A DNA stretch of 64,000 nt, taken from contig NW_024704743.1 of the NCBI RefSeq assembly GCF_018977255.1, positions 90,708,001 through 90,772,000 of the forward strand, in the 5' to 3' direction. Below, piece by piece: positions 50,689 through 64,000 of the stretch. Source of the stretch: Callorhinchus milii (taxonomy: Eukaryota). Positions within the stretch are counted from its first letter, which is position 1. Each line of letters begins with the position of its first letter. The position numbers were made by a program, and so were the translations under genes. The notes below the pieces were generated by a model that was not told where the DNA came from, made no database searches, and saw nothing but the letters and a program-made list of their open reading frames with translations.

Positions 50689-53134
50689 TGATATTGGATA
50701 ACAAAGTCCAACTCTTTCCGTTATTATTACAGCCTGAATAGTTTGTAATTCCCTAAACTGTCAGATGCACTATTCATACATTTCCTTGTCTAAATGTTAA
50801 TTATCACTTCAAAAGAATGTAACTCAAAAAATTGCTACATCAGATATTAAACACAATTCAGAAATGAATACCTCTCATCAGACACCTGACCTGGAACTGT
50901 GCAGGTCAACCGAGAAATGGAATGCCCAAAGAAATAGAAACAACAAAATAAACATAACTTTCACTGTCCAAAAACTCAGTACAGAGAGTCCGATAGACAC
51001 ACAATTTGAGGCTGGCCTCATTGCAGATATGAAAACAGTCCAGATATATTTGTGTGCTTTTATGTCAGTCTTTCTCTGAGTATTGTGTGCTTCTTTAAAC
51101 TTGTACAATGGGACTTTGCTATAATGTTCGCTTGTAGCAGAATTGGGATGTGGAACGGTGTCATTGATCACGTGATTGGTGATGCCACAATTTTGGAATT
51201 ACACCCTCTCTCTCCCCAGACAAGAGGGACCATCCCTGGTTACCTAATTCCGGAGAGTATTACGAACAGGTTGGCAAGACCCAAAGCTAAGGAATCAGAG
51301 TCTGCGCTGGGGTATGCTGGAGTTTATCAAGATAAAACCGCATAGCTCGCCACTGAAAGCACTATCAGGCAAACCTCCCCGCTGCTTGTCCAGCTATGAC
51401 CATCCTACCCATTAGGGTTTGGCTCGTAGGGTTCACAGGAGCTGAGTGGGAAGAATCACTGCCCCCCCGGTGACCAGTCTGTCCCTTCTTTAAAAAATCC
51501 TGCTGATGAGCCAGGCTGGCAGGTCTCATCACCACGACCCTGGAATACTGTGGATCCACCTGACTCAGGAACCAGTCCACCAACCAACACAGAGGGTTGA
51601 GTCCATTCAGACATTCCATTGCCAAGAATATTACCTTCAAGTCAGCTCCACGATGACCCTGCTTTCCTGCCCGTCAAGGAGGAAATGATGTCACCATGAG
51701 GAAGCACTGACGAGCAATAACACCCTGATATAAGGCTGGTTAGGATTTTATGGACCTGCTCCAACAAGCACGCTAAAATGGAGTGGTTTATTGTAATTAT
51801 GTGGATCTCCGCTTGCACTGCTGGTTCAGTCCTGCTTCAGGATAATGGTGATCCTGGATATCTTGTACATATGTGCATGGTTAAACAGAATCCAGACATC
51901 ACAGTCCCACATGGATGACGTGTGAATATGTGGCGTTTGACTGTAAGTGGATTTGAAGCTGGGCAGCGAGAGGGTGCTTCAATCTACCTCAGTGCCCATG
52001 GGCATGGAGAGGAGCAGATTCACCCAGGGTTCCTGCTCCTGCTTACTATCCTGCAACCCCAGTCATGTGAAGACATGGTCAGGCTCAGCTGTGATATCCT
52101 CTACAACAGCAGCAACAAATTACACTTGAATAGCGCCCTTCACATCAGAAAGATGTCCCAGAACCCTGGGGCGTCTACAATTGAATACTGCTGACACTCG
52201 CTGATTCGGCTTGCACATACAGCATGAGAGGGTCCTGACAGGTACTAGTAATTGACACATCACAGGTGGTGACAACCAGTGCCTTCAAGGAAAAAGAACA
52301 ACTTGCACTTATATAGGAGTCTTCACGCAGGGTAATGTGATGCTGAGCCAAGGAGAAAGGGGATGTGCCCGTAGGCACAATCAAAGAGGAAAATCTTTAG
52401 GACAAAGAAAGGAGGTAAAAGAAAAGTTTTTTAAAAAATCAAGAGCTGCACACTGGACATCTCATTAGTTTGGTCCTGTTGTGTGCTGGTTTTTCCTGTT
52501 CCCATTTTTTTGGTCAGTCCGACACATGCAGAACCCGCTTAACAGCATCTAAACCAAGCTGAGGTTTCCATGCATCCCACCTTCACATGGAAATCCCAGA
52601 GACAGACTGTTGGCAAGGCATGCGCACTCTGTCCCTGGAGCGACACATCCTGCTTATCTAATTCCGTATTTTATCACCCTTATTTTATCACCAGTGTTAA
52701 CACAAATTGTATCAGAAAATGGCATTACAACAGTTCAGCAGTAAACCAGCATTCTTAAGTACCTGGGCTTTTCAGTCTGATAATAACACAGATTCATTTG
52801 TGTAAGTAGGTTGCTATAAGCCTCCTCATGCCAGTGGACCAAGTCAGAGTGGAATATGGACTCGGGAGAATACGAACCATGATAAAGACCCTCTCCAACT
52901 AAAATGCCTGTTAATGATCAACTAATTGAGAAGATAAATGTGAAATCTTGTGTGAAGTAAGGATGCGTATTACCACATTACTGCTCACTCTACATAAACA
53001 GAAGAGACACTTAAATCCATTAGATGCAAAATTGAAACTGAAAATAGAATTTAGAATTACAAGTGATGTAATGTTAGCAGCAAGTGTTCAGCTCAGCAAA
53101 GTATCAGATACCAGGTTAGTGGAAGTTGCTGACA

Positions 53135-53320
53135 ATAATAATAATAATCCTTGCATTTGATATAGCGCTTTTCACGTCTTCTAGATGTCTCAAAGCGCTT
53201 CACAGAATATACTGTAAAATGAATTGACTGTATATTTGTGGGCGTAACGCAGCAGCCAATTGCGCACAGCAGTGTCACACAAACAGTTGTCGAATGAGTG
53301 ACCAAATTATTATTTTTTTT
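53135..53320 (-). mobile_element. SINE 3' half (TAGAA loop)
   Basis: Body and tail. Similar partial copies at about 55270-55420 and 58703-58872. Confidence 0.85.
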
Positions 53321-56300
53321 GAGTTTGGTATAATAATAATTAACGAAACTGTGGTGTGGCCTTGAGCCATGTGCAGCAGCCTCACATTCAATCCCTGGTC
53401 TCTGCTGAGTGATTCCAGTACAGTATTATCAGGTTAAGAAAGGAAAACATTTGACCCAGGGTTCCATTCCTGAAGCCGCAAATATCACCCAGTCTTAGCC
53501 CGTAAAGACATTTTGTTTTAAGATTAAAGGTCGTTGAACACTGAAGAAAAATCTTAAATTCACTCTTAACTTGAAAACCTGTTCTTTTTTAAGAACTGAA
53601 AAGGGGACTTCCAAATTCAGACTGAATATGAGAATGTATAACAATAATATATCCCTTTGTAATTGATATAGCGCGTGCCTTATCAAGCTGTCAAAATATC
53701 GTGCTTCATGGGATTTTATTTTAAAGTGTTGTGATTGTGTATTTCCACAATCTTAAATTGTAAGACAAAATGTTTTTGCAGGCTTGGGCTAGATGATATT
53801 TGAGGTCTCTGAGTGCTATTCAGAAATACAGAGGCTCACTCTGGGCGAGGTCAATCTAGGTCAGACATGATGCCACGCGGGCAAATAGCCTGGTGATACT
53901 CGCTCCCTTTGATGAATAGTGGAGGCTTGTGCCACCGCTAGATCTGCCCTGCACCATATGTCAGACCTTCAGAAAGAAGGAATATGAGAAGAAAAAGGAG
54001 GGAATATCAATGTATTTTTTTTCAAAAAATATAAAAGTTTATGTCTAACTTAAAATAATAATCCTTGCATTCGATACGGTACCTGTCACGACAGGAGCAC
54101 ATCTCAAAACACTTCACAGGATTTTACTGTAAAATGTATCTTGAAGGTGAACTCTGCAGCTAATTTACACACAGCAGTGTTCTACCAACAGCCATGAAGT
54201 GAATGACCAATTTTATTTGGGGGATTGTTGACCAGGACACCAGGAGATATTCCCTTCTTTTTTTGAATCGTGTATAAGGGAAACTTTAACATCCACCTGA
54301 ACACACAGGTGGGATCTTGGTTTAACATCTGATGTGAAGGGCGGGACCTCCAACAATGCAGGACCCCCAGCACTGCATTGGAGTACAAGCTTAGACTATG
54401 TGAATTACCGCCAGGTGTAGTGAGTAGTTTTATAAGCATGTGTAGCCATTAGTGCTGCTAAGGTCCCACCAACAGCCATGAAGTGAATAAATGATTATCC
54501 TGGCAGATTGTCGGCCAAGACATCTGAAGAAACTCCTTTCTCTTTTCCACTTTTCTCTTGGGATTTTTAACATCTACCTGAACAAGCAGACAAGAAGCAC
54601 CTCGGAGTTAATGCACCAACCAAAAGACAGATGGGGTAGGGGGCAGCGAAATGGATTAACCTTGGACCAAGGATATCAGTTTATACAGCATTTACTATGC
54701 ATTTTTTGTCATTGTGTGGCAGTAGCCCATCGAGAGAGTTCATGTCTCAACCTTAACCCTTTGGGGAAAAGTTTTGATTTCAGCTGAGCAATCTTCAAAC
54801 AATTAGTGACTAGAAATTATTTTCAGCCCATTTAGTATTATACAAAATTGAAAGACACAATACGTAACATTCTCTCTGTACGTTCACAACGTCTGTTTTA
54901 AATGCTTTTCAAAACAAAAAGCTATGGTTGCAAATACCCTTGTCCTAATTCTCTTGGCAGCAGAAATCCAAAACTTCAAAGGTCATGGAAATGTATTTAC
55001 CGAAGCCTGCATCAACCTTGGGTTTTATTATGGGTTTGTAAACTGGCTTCCTCAGCCACTATACACGTCACAATCTCCTGAACATCAGCAGACTGTCTGA
55101 TTTCTGTACTCCACTCAGACGCTTTCCTCTGATCCAATGTCCACAACCATAACAATAAACTGATTAATATCTCTCAGATCATTGCTTTCCTTGTATGAAG
55201 TTAGTTATGACTAGAATCCAAACCAGCCCTTTTTAGGAGTAGCCTAAAATCCTTCCTTCCTAATCAACAATAATAATAATGCTTGCATTTGATGTGGCGC
55301 CTCATCACGTCTTCAAGACGTCTCAAAGCACTTCTCAGGATATATTGTAAAGTGGATTGACTATTTTTTTGAGCACGAAACGCGGTAGCCAATTCCGCAC
55401 AGCAGCGTCTCACAAACAGCTGAGACAATGGAAACACACCAGTTGGTACCTATTCAATACAGAACAGCAAATGGATCTAGAATTGCTCTGGACCGTATGC
55501 CTTAAATATCCTTACTCACTGAGCTCCAGTACATTATTTTTTTAAACCAGGAAATTGGCTTGTTGACAAAGTTTATAGATATTGACAAAGGTCATAGCTT
55601 TGTACTGAAGGTTGAGAGATTGTTTTCTGAACTCTGAGATCCAAAGGCATCTCTGCTATATCTCTCTAGAATTAGGTTGGCGGGATGCAAACCCCCCTCC
55701 CCTCAACCCCCAGGCAGAGAGTTTGCATTCCATTCCAATAAACATCTCTGGAATTTCCATGCGTAGGTGGGACGCGTGGAACTCTATTTGGTTCAGATAC
55801 TCCTAAGATTGGTGATGGATTTCTGCAAGTGTCAGACATCCGGCTGACAAAAAAAAGTCTTAAATTGCAGTCTTGATTTGGAAGCAGTCTTTTCTATAGT
55901 TATTTAAACAGAATTATGACTGAGATTAATTAAAAAATCTTGCACCATCTTAATTTGAGAGCAAGAGAAATTTGAGGCCTCAGATATCATTTCCCCCCTC
56001 ACCAATTTTCTACCCTCCTCTGCTCACATGCTGAAGATTTTTAAAAAGAAAACGGAGTTTCTCCCAGTGTCCTGGCCAACAATCCCCCAAATAAATCTGG
56101 TCATTCACTCCATGGCTGTTTGAGGGACATTGCTGTGATCAACTGGCAGCAGCGTTTCCCCACAAAGTATACAGTCATCCACTTTACAGGATATCCTGTG
56201 AAGCGCTTTGAGACGTCTTAACGATGTGATGAAGCACTATATAAAATGCAAGGATTGTTATATTATTTGTTCGCTTTCCTTACGTTGAGATATAGTTCCA

Positions 56301-56846
56301 TCGGCCCTTATTGCTCTCTGATATCAAATACAGTGCATTTATGATGTGATCCTTGATAATGTTGTCAGGCTGTTAATTCTCAAAGAGGTTCACAGCTTTT
56401 GCTGAACTCTGCCTTCACCCAATGTCCACACACATTTCACCTCCATAATAGGTTGTAGGTGCTTGATAATAGATAAGATCCCTGGCTGATTATCCACTCT
56501 CTAAAACAGGGTTGTTAAGGCTCACAAATAAAATATAAGAAATAACTATGGAGCTCTACTTCAGCAAAAATGAGCACTTTTGGAAAGAAAAGGAAAAATG
56601 AGGGAAAGAAAAGAGCGAGACCATTATCTAACAACCTCAAGCACTCTTCCTTCTCATACATTAGGGTCATACAGTGCAACATAATTTACATTTATAGAGC
56701 ACTTTTCACATCAGAAGGACATCTCACAGTGTCTAACAATGCTGCATGGGCACCCAAGCTGGGGGTGGATCCAAGGAGGTGGGGTGTGGAGGGGAAAGAT
56801 GACCAAAAGTGCAGTCAAAGGGGTACATTTTACCTGTAACTTATAT

Positions 56847-57209
56847 GGAATCCTGTAGCTCAATGGTTAGAGCACTCACCTTGCAAGCGAGAGACCTGGG
56901 TTTGATTCCCAGCAGGGAGAAACATTAGGCAAGTTTCTTCATATGCTTCTGTTTACCTAGCAGTAAGTAGGAACCTGGTTGTTAGTCGATTGGCAGATCG
57001 CTTTTCTGGGGTTAATAATCCCTAAAAACTAATAAATTGGTCACTCAATCCATGACTGTTTGTGGGACACTGCTGTGCGCAACTGGCTGCCGCGTTTTGC
57101 CCAGAAAATATGCAGTCAATTCACTTTTCAGTATATTCTGTGAAGTGCTTTGAGACGTCTCAAAGACGTCTCAAATAAGGTGCTATATCAAATGCAAGGA
57201 TTATTATTA
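56847..57209 (+). mobile_element. SINE, long form with extra internal segment
   Basis: Same head and tail plus about 65 bp (ctgtttacctagcagtaagtaggaacctgg...). Confidence 0.88.
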
Positions 57210-59922
57210 CATTTTAAGATGTCCATTGAATGAGACAAGCGAGGGGGAAATGAGTCAGAGAAGTGGATCAGCATCGAGGTGGTCATGAGGACCAATGCAC
57301 TGATGTTTCACCAAACAGTGTCCAGGTATCAGTTAGAGCAATAAGGTTAGTCCATCTAGCTACCTTACAAAAGGTGTTCAGAGTTGGGTACGGTTCAGAT
57401 ACAATGGGCTTTCACTTTTACTACAGCATATACCATAAAGCAATATGTTCCATGACCTGCTCCAGCTTGCTGGCAGGTTATCTAACAGTTATTGTAAAAT
57501 ATCAATAACTGTGCAGCTTTATCTTTATGGTGTGCCAGAACTCTAAAAATGTCCGTACAATCAAATCTGCATTTAATCTCAGAGGTCGATGTGGCTGGAA
57601 AATGTCAGCACTCTATTCATTTGGGAAAGTGAAGCAATTCTGTGCAAAACAATCGAGGTTCAGACATAAGAAGTCTACAGTGTGTCAGATCAAATATACT
57701 GCATATACTATGAGGGATTGTGTTAAGTGACTTATTTGTAGGAACTAAAACCACTTTAGTAATGGTTTTAAAGACCATTACTGTAAGCTTCATCTCCCCA
57801 GCTGCTCTCCTTCAGATTTCTCACTCACACAGAATGGAAGGTTGATAATACGGTCACTGAATGAACTCTAATGGAATTCAATTTCAGGCTGCAATTGGCT
57901 GACATTTTGCAAATAAAGCAAGGGTGACATAATCTCATACTCTGTGGCCATTCCCTTGATACTATAAAAATGTTCTCTTCCCTTTTATACCTTTGGAGTG
58001 GAAATTTTTCTGGACGCCAATAATAATCCTTGCTTGTGGTATGGCGCTTATAACATCACAGAGCACTTTACAAGTATTTGTTTATTACAATTACTGTGTA
58101 TTTATTAAGCAAACATAGCAGCCAAAGTAGATTCCACACACAGCCAGGAAATGAATGACAAATCTGAGTATTTTTGGCCAATATACTGCAGCAAACTCGC
58201 CCCTCCCTCTTTTTTTAAATAGTGTCATGGGATCTTTGATGTCAACCCAAATAGACACAGAGAACCTTAGTTTAATGAATCATTTGAAGGTCAGCACCTC
58301 CAACCATGTAGCATTCCTCCTAATACTGGAGTGTGAGATTGTCAAAGTCCCCATATGGATGTTGAACCCACAAATTAAAAAAACCTTCTGACCCCGAGGT
58401 GCGAGAGCTACCCATTGAACAAAGTTATTCAGGGTTAGAGAACTTTCACTCAATAGTCTGCTCTTAAGTTCAACCCTTCAGGGCATCAGGATTCATCTAT
58501 AGGTAAAGCATATTTCCTGTCGGCCTGATCCAACCCATCAGTCACGTGTTCTCAGAGGAGATTGCTGGTTTGGGCTCTTCATCTAGGGCAATTCATGTCA
58601 TGAATCAGGAATTGTAGTTTTGGTCCACTGTATCTGAATACATCAGTGAAGCTGAAAGGAGATGCTCAACAATGACGAACACAACCAGTTCCATAATAAT
58701 ACAATAATAATCCTTGCATTTGATGTAGGACCTTATCACATCCTGACACATCTCAAAGCGCTTCACAGAATATATTGCAAAGTATATTGACTGTGGATTT
58801 TGTGGGCGAGACGCAACAAACAATCGTGCACAGCAGTGTCCCACAAACAGTCGTGGATTGAGCGACCAAATTTATAGAGATTTGCGATTGAGTCCCTTAG
58901 AAGAAAATATGTTATCATTTTCTTTCGGCAAAGAAAAATCTCAGGTCTTCTGATATTCAGTCCCAAAACCAGCTGCCAGAATATTTGTTTTACTTATAGT
59001 CCTTGTTTTATTTTCAGTTTTTATTCACGAAAACAGAAGTGTGTTTGCTGTACTGAACCATATGTTTGTGTGAAAGTAGTTTTTGAAGTTCTGTGGCCAA
59101 TTTTAGATATACCATCTCAATCCTATGTGGAAATGACAAACAGAATGTCTCCTTTCAGATCAATTTGTCATGAAGCTGAGGTCATTTTGAGAATAAAGAA
59201 AATCTTGGTCTGTTTAGCCTTGGACAGTAAAAGCTTTTCTATGGCTTACTGAACAGTAAACTACCTTCAAAGCATAGAGCTGTGTGGCAAAAAGAGCTTA
59301 ACTGATCCAAGAGATAAATTGCTTTGAACACAGGATCTTCTCCACCCACAGCTCTGATAATATGGGTCAAACTTTCCAAAAGTGTCAGACTTGCCTCCTG
59401 ACTGGGCAGACCACTAGTGACAGGAAGCCTCAGACAGCTGGGAATTTTCCTATTGCAGACTGGCATCCCATTGTTATCCCACCTTGGATAACAAATAAAA
59501 GCACAGCATTTTCACGCTGAGACTCAGGATCTCTGCTCCGGCCAAAATGGCCTTGGAACAGAGTTTTAGCAGCTCAATGTGAACAACATGGTGTTTCCTG
59601 CAAGAAATGTATTCGCATCTCATCCCTCGAGAACACCCACCCTACCATCCCATCATCACTGCATCAAGCTGCTTTTTAAATGGACTCAGTGCTCTGGCCT
59701 CAACCACCTTTCTTAGCAACTTGTCCTAGTCATTGATTATCCTCTGAGTAAAGAAAAGCTTCCTGGTATCTGTCCTGGAATTGTCCTTTACAACTCTAAA
59801 CCCAGGTTCTCTTGTTCTACTATCATGATACATTCTAAATTATTGACCATAAAAGGAGGCATTATCCTCGTGAGTTTTCTCCGGCTGTGCTCTCCTCCCC
59901 CAGCTTTGGACACTGGGCTTGT

Positions 59923-60233
59923 GGAGTCCTGTAGCTCAGTGGTTAGAGCATGCACTTCACAAGCGAGAGACCTGGGTTCGATTCCCGGCAGGGCGAAAGC
60001 TTGGGCAAGTTTCCTTACTCTACACGTCTGATAATAATCTCTCAAGAAAAAACAACACATATAATAATTTGGTCACTCAATCCACGACTGTTTGTGGGGC
60101 ACTGCTGTGCGCAATTGGCTGCCTCGTTTCGCCCATACAGTCAATTCACTTTACAGTAAATTCTGTGAAGCGCTTTGAAACGTCTAGAAGACGTGAAAAA
60201 CGCTATATCAAATGCAAGGATTATTATTATTAT
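59923..60233 (+). mobile_element. SINE, full length (TAGAA loop)
   Basis: B box GGTTCGATTCC is intact. Confidence 0.92.
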
Positions 60234-61317
60234 GTAGATGGAAGATGAACAGATGAGGCAGAAACCTTGTCTTCAATGTCAAATATATGAATTAATGATA
60301 CCCTCCCCGGCAAGATTTTCTCAAATGGTATCCTGCTACCACAGTTATACTGTACTGCCCGGAATTACAAATGTATCGATACCATTATTCTTGCACATCT
60401 GTAAAGCTTTTAATACATTAAATCCTTTGTAATAGATAATGAGTTTAATTTATCTGACCATAAAGTGGTTTCATTCCTATTGGACATAAAAGGTCTTGAC
60501 TGAAAAAAGCCGCATCAGATGTGTGCGTACTTTCTACATTCCAAAGAAGGACAATCACTATTTATTAATAGTGATAACCTACAGTTTATTTTTTAAGTCT
60601 TTCTATATTCTGATACCAAAGACTTAATGGAGACTAATTTGCGGGATTTCTTAACATGGAATCTTTTTATCATTCCCGTCGACCTCTGGAAATCTGCTCT
60701 GAAAGCAGACTGCTTCAGTGCAGAATTCCCACAGATCCAATTACCAAAAGATGTCTCCAATGCACGACTCGTATTACTTACTAAGGAATCCTGTTAAGAA
60801 ATATTTAAAATCAGTATGCAAAGTGCCCTTAGAAATGAGCCAGTTAAATTAAAAGGAAAGGGTTACTAAATTATTTGTAAGCAGATAGTAACCACTTCCC
60901 TCTTAATGTAAATGAAGCCAAATCAATATTATTTTCATCCAAAGAAATATGCCAAAAGTAGCTGTAGACAACTTTAACCTTTACAATTTTAAGTTAATTC
61001 TGTCCACTACACAAGTCATCTAGGTGGAAGATTACTTTGATGTTTCTAGCTTGAAAACTTTCATCTAAAATTTTAAAAGATAAATGTGTCGTGGTAAATT
61101 GAATGAAAAATGTTTTATGATTTCCGGTACCCATCTGGGATCTGTGTGTCAGCAAATCATTCAAGATAAATTCTTTCTGGTGCTTTGAATATGCCTAATA
61201 ACATTATGGGGAATTTCTTCCCCCCAACAGCCTTGGTAATTTTTTCAGATTTGTTTCAACTCATAATGACAAATCTACTACAACTAGATAAGGTATTGGA
61301 GTAGACAGAGTCCTGCT

Positions 61318-61670
61318 GGAGTCCTATAGCGTATTACTTAGAACACTCGCAACTCAAGCGAGAGGACCCTGGTTCAATTCTTAAGCAGAGTGAAACCTCA
61401 GGCAAGTTTCCTTACTCCAGATGCCTCTGTTTACTGAACAGTAAGTAGGAATCCAGTTGTAAGTCGTTTGGCGGATTGCTTTCCAGGGGATAATAATCCC
61501 TCCAAAAATAAATAATAATTTTGTCACTCAATCCACGACTGTTTGTGGGACACTGTGCACAATTGGCTGCCGTGATATACAGTCAATTCACTTCAGAGTC
61601 TATTCTGTGAAGCTCTTTGAGACGTCTCTGATGTGATAAGGCACTATATCAAAAACAAGGAATATTATTA
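61318..61670 (+). mobile_element. SINE, long form with extra internal segment
   Basis: Shares the extra segment with the copy at 56847. Confidence 0.85.
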
Positions 61671-63096
61671 ATTATTATAAAATATTGTTCAGAAAGACTT
61701 CCATCACTGATAAGAATGCATCAGATCCAACATTATATAAATCCAACTTCTTCTGCTGTAATGTGGCCAATTTCCATACTGTCAACTGCTGAAAGATGTC
61801 ACTTATTACAAATGATGGTACTTGTTTTTTACGTTTAAGCTCCCCTGATTGGTAAAGTTTCTATCCAGGGTGAAACTGAGTCACATTGACAAGAAAGGTC
61901 TTAGACATGATACTGGTCTTTGTCGAATCAGTTAATGTCAGGCCGGGAGGCAATAGATTTGGCCTCAGTTCTCTTGGGTTCGAGAAAGGCTAATCAGCCA
62001 GTACTCCTGCTCGATCACTATCTAGTCAGGGACAAGATCAAACACAGTTCAAATTCTTCCCTCTCCACCTTGCTCGTATACACTTCTACAATGAATGGTC
62101 ACTGAGGTGAGGGAGTACAGGAATGAAACCCTAGGAACAATCACTGCCTAAGGAGACAAGAAATTTGGAGGGAGAAAATATTAATAAAGGTCACATGAAA
62201 GGTGATGGAATATATATTGCTGCCAGAAACACAAAGCTTAAGGTTCCATTTAAAGTGTGCAAAAGGATATACTTCAGGGTTATTCACGTGATCTCAGAGT
62301 TTGAGCTACATGTCTGCACTGGGCTCCAGGAGGATGACCTGAACACTCTGGAATGCAGTGACGGCAATCGTCTGGGAATAAAGCCATTGTTTTCTTTAAG
62401 ATAAAGTTTGCGGTTCACGTAAGAACAGATTGACTTTATTGTAAGAGGTGCTGGGCTAGGTTCACACATGTTAGAACAGTAGAAAATTGCAGCGCAGAAG
62501 GTGGCCATTCGGTCCATTGTGTCGGTGCCGGCTCTTTTAAGATCAATCCTTTCAGGCCCATTTCCCAGCCCTTTCCCCATACGCCTGTAGCTTTCTTTCT
62601 CCTATATCTTCCTTTCTCCTGTTGTAGGCTGCACAGCGACAGTAACTGACAATGAAACATGGCAGGTCCTGCCTCTCGCTCTACCCTTTTTCAAGTGCTC
62701 CGAGGCGCAACCCTGCTTGTGGGGCGCTATATAAATGCAAGTTGTTGTTGTTTACTTTCGTGAAATCCTGGTTCTGGACGGGCTTTGCTTCACACGTACC
62801 CTCTTACTCTGTGAACCTGGAGGGAACCACACTTGAAGGGAAACAAGGTCTAGAACAGCACTGACTGTCAATCCACTATACATACCTTTTGTGCCTGAAG
62901 ATACTGCGGTGCAACCGGGACACAGGCCCAGTGCAGCATTGCCCAACACCCAGACTCCTTTCCTTGTCTCCATTGCTGATATTGCGGGAGCGTAAGTAGA
63001 TTTAGAATGGATTTGCAGATGCTCAAGAACCTACAATGTTGTTGTGAAGGTAACATAATGACATTAAACTTTCACACATGAGCAAAATGCCATTTT

Positions 63097-63205
63097 ATAT
63101 ACAGTCAATTCACTTTACAGTGTGTTCTGTGAAGTGCTTTGGGACGTCCTCCCGACGTGAAAAGCGCTATATCAAATGCAAGGATTATTATTATTATTAT
63201 TATTA
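63097..63205 (+). mobile_element. SINE 3' fragment (CTCCC loop)
   Basis: Tail matches the young copies. Confidence 0.88.
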
Positions 63206-64000
63206 CCGCAAGCAATCCTGCAGAGGTGGTGCAAAAATGGGCGCACTAATAAATCTTCAGAATCAGAGGGTAAAGGTGGCGTTAGTCTGCTTCTTATGGC
63301 CCTCATGAATTCTGCAAAGGGACATCTCCAACCCAATAGAAATCCTACTCTTTGTATTTGACAGAGCACCATATCATGCAATCAAAATGCCTCAAACTGC
63401 TGCACAGAATTTTACTGCAAGCTCTAATGACCGTGTATATTGTATGCGAATGCAGCAGCCAATTTTGTGCACATTAATCTTCCACAAACAACCAGGAGAT
63501 GAATGCCAATTTTATCTGTTGGCCAGGACACTGGGAGAAACTCCCTTTACAAACTGTGCCATGGGATCTTTAGCATCCACCTGAACAGTTTAACCTCTCA
63601 TCCAAAGAGGTGGCACCTCTGACAATGAAGGAAGTGCTTCCCCAGCACTGTCCTGGAGTGTTAACCTAGACTGTTAGCCCAATCCCTGGAATTCTCATGA
63701 CTGTCAAGCCTGAAACAGTTTGTTTTTATTTCTACTTTTACTGTTTCTTTATCCTAAAGGTTAACATTAATTCCAATACTAGTCATACATGGCAGCACTG
63801 ACTCACCACATAGAGATTTTCAGTGACTGGAAAGTTCATTGGTGAGCAGCTGTGGGAATTGGCATAAGGAAATTATTTCAGTAGTAAATCTTCCAGGAAC
63901 CATGAGACTTTGAACACACTATGAATTTTTAAAACAAAATACAACAAAATTCAAATCCAGAATATCAAACACAAAATTCCAAATGTTCGATTGCACTAGG

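Noticed and set aside
48300..64000. EXT1 3' exons or another downstream gene
   Set aside because: No recognisable coding exon on either strand. The ORFs are short or repeat-derived. Small divergent exons could be missed by eye.

Overview
Vertebrate genomic DNA, probably from a cartilaginous fish such as a chimaera. The organism is inferred only from the repeat landscape (CR1 and L2 LINEs, tRNA-derived Deu-type SINEs). Two spliced + strand genes are present. (1) The last four coding exons of a cytochrome b5 gene (5931-9865), with CYB5A-like exon sizes of 129/30/35 nt; exon 1 is not seen in the window. (2) A complete 178-codon MED30 gene in four phase-0 coding exons (20836-42091), with a probable non-coding first exon in a small CpG island near 15.15-15.35 kb that is flanked by three minisatellites. 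The rest is intronic or intergenic DNA dense in retroelements. The most notable observations are a SINE/L2 pair sharing a 3' stem-loop whose loop differs by SINE subfamily, an unclassified dispersed element ending in four hairpins plus oligo-A, a 72-nt near-perfect intronic hairpin, a splice-created in-frame uORF in MED30, and a cytochrome b5 with mixed CYB5A/CYB5B features. I see no evidence of a novel protein-coding system. Repeat boundaries are approximate and were read by eye.
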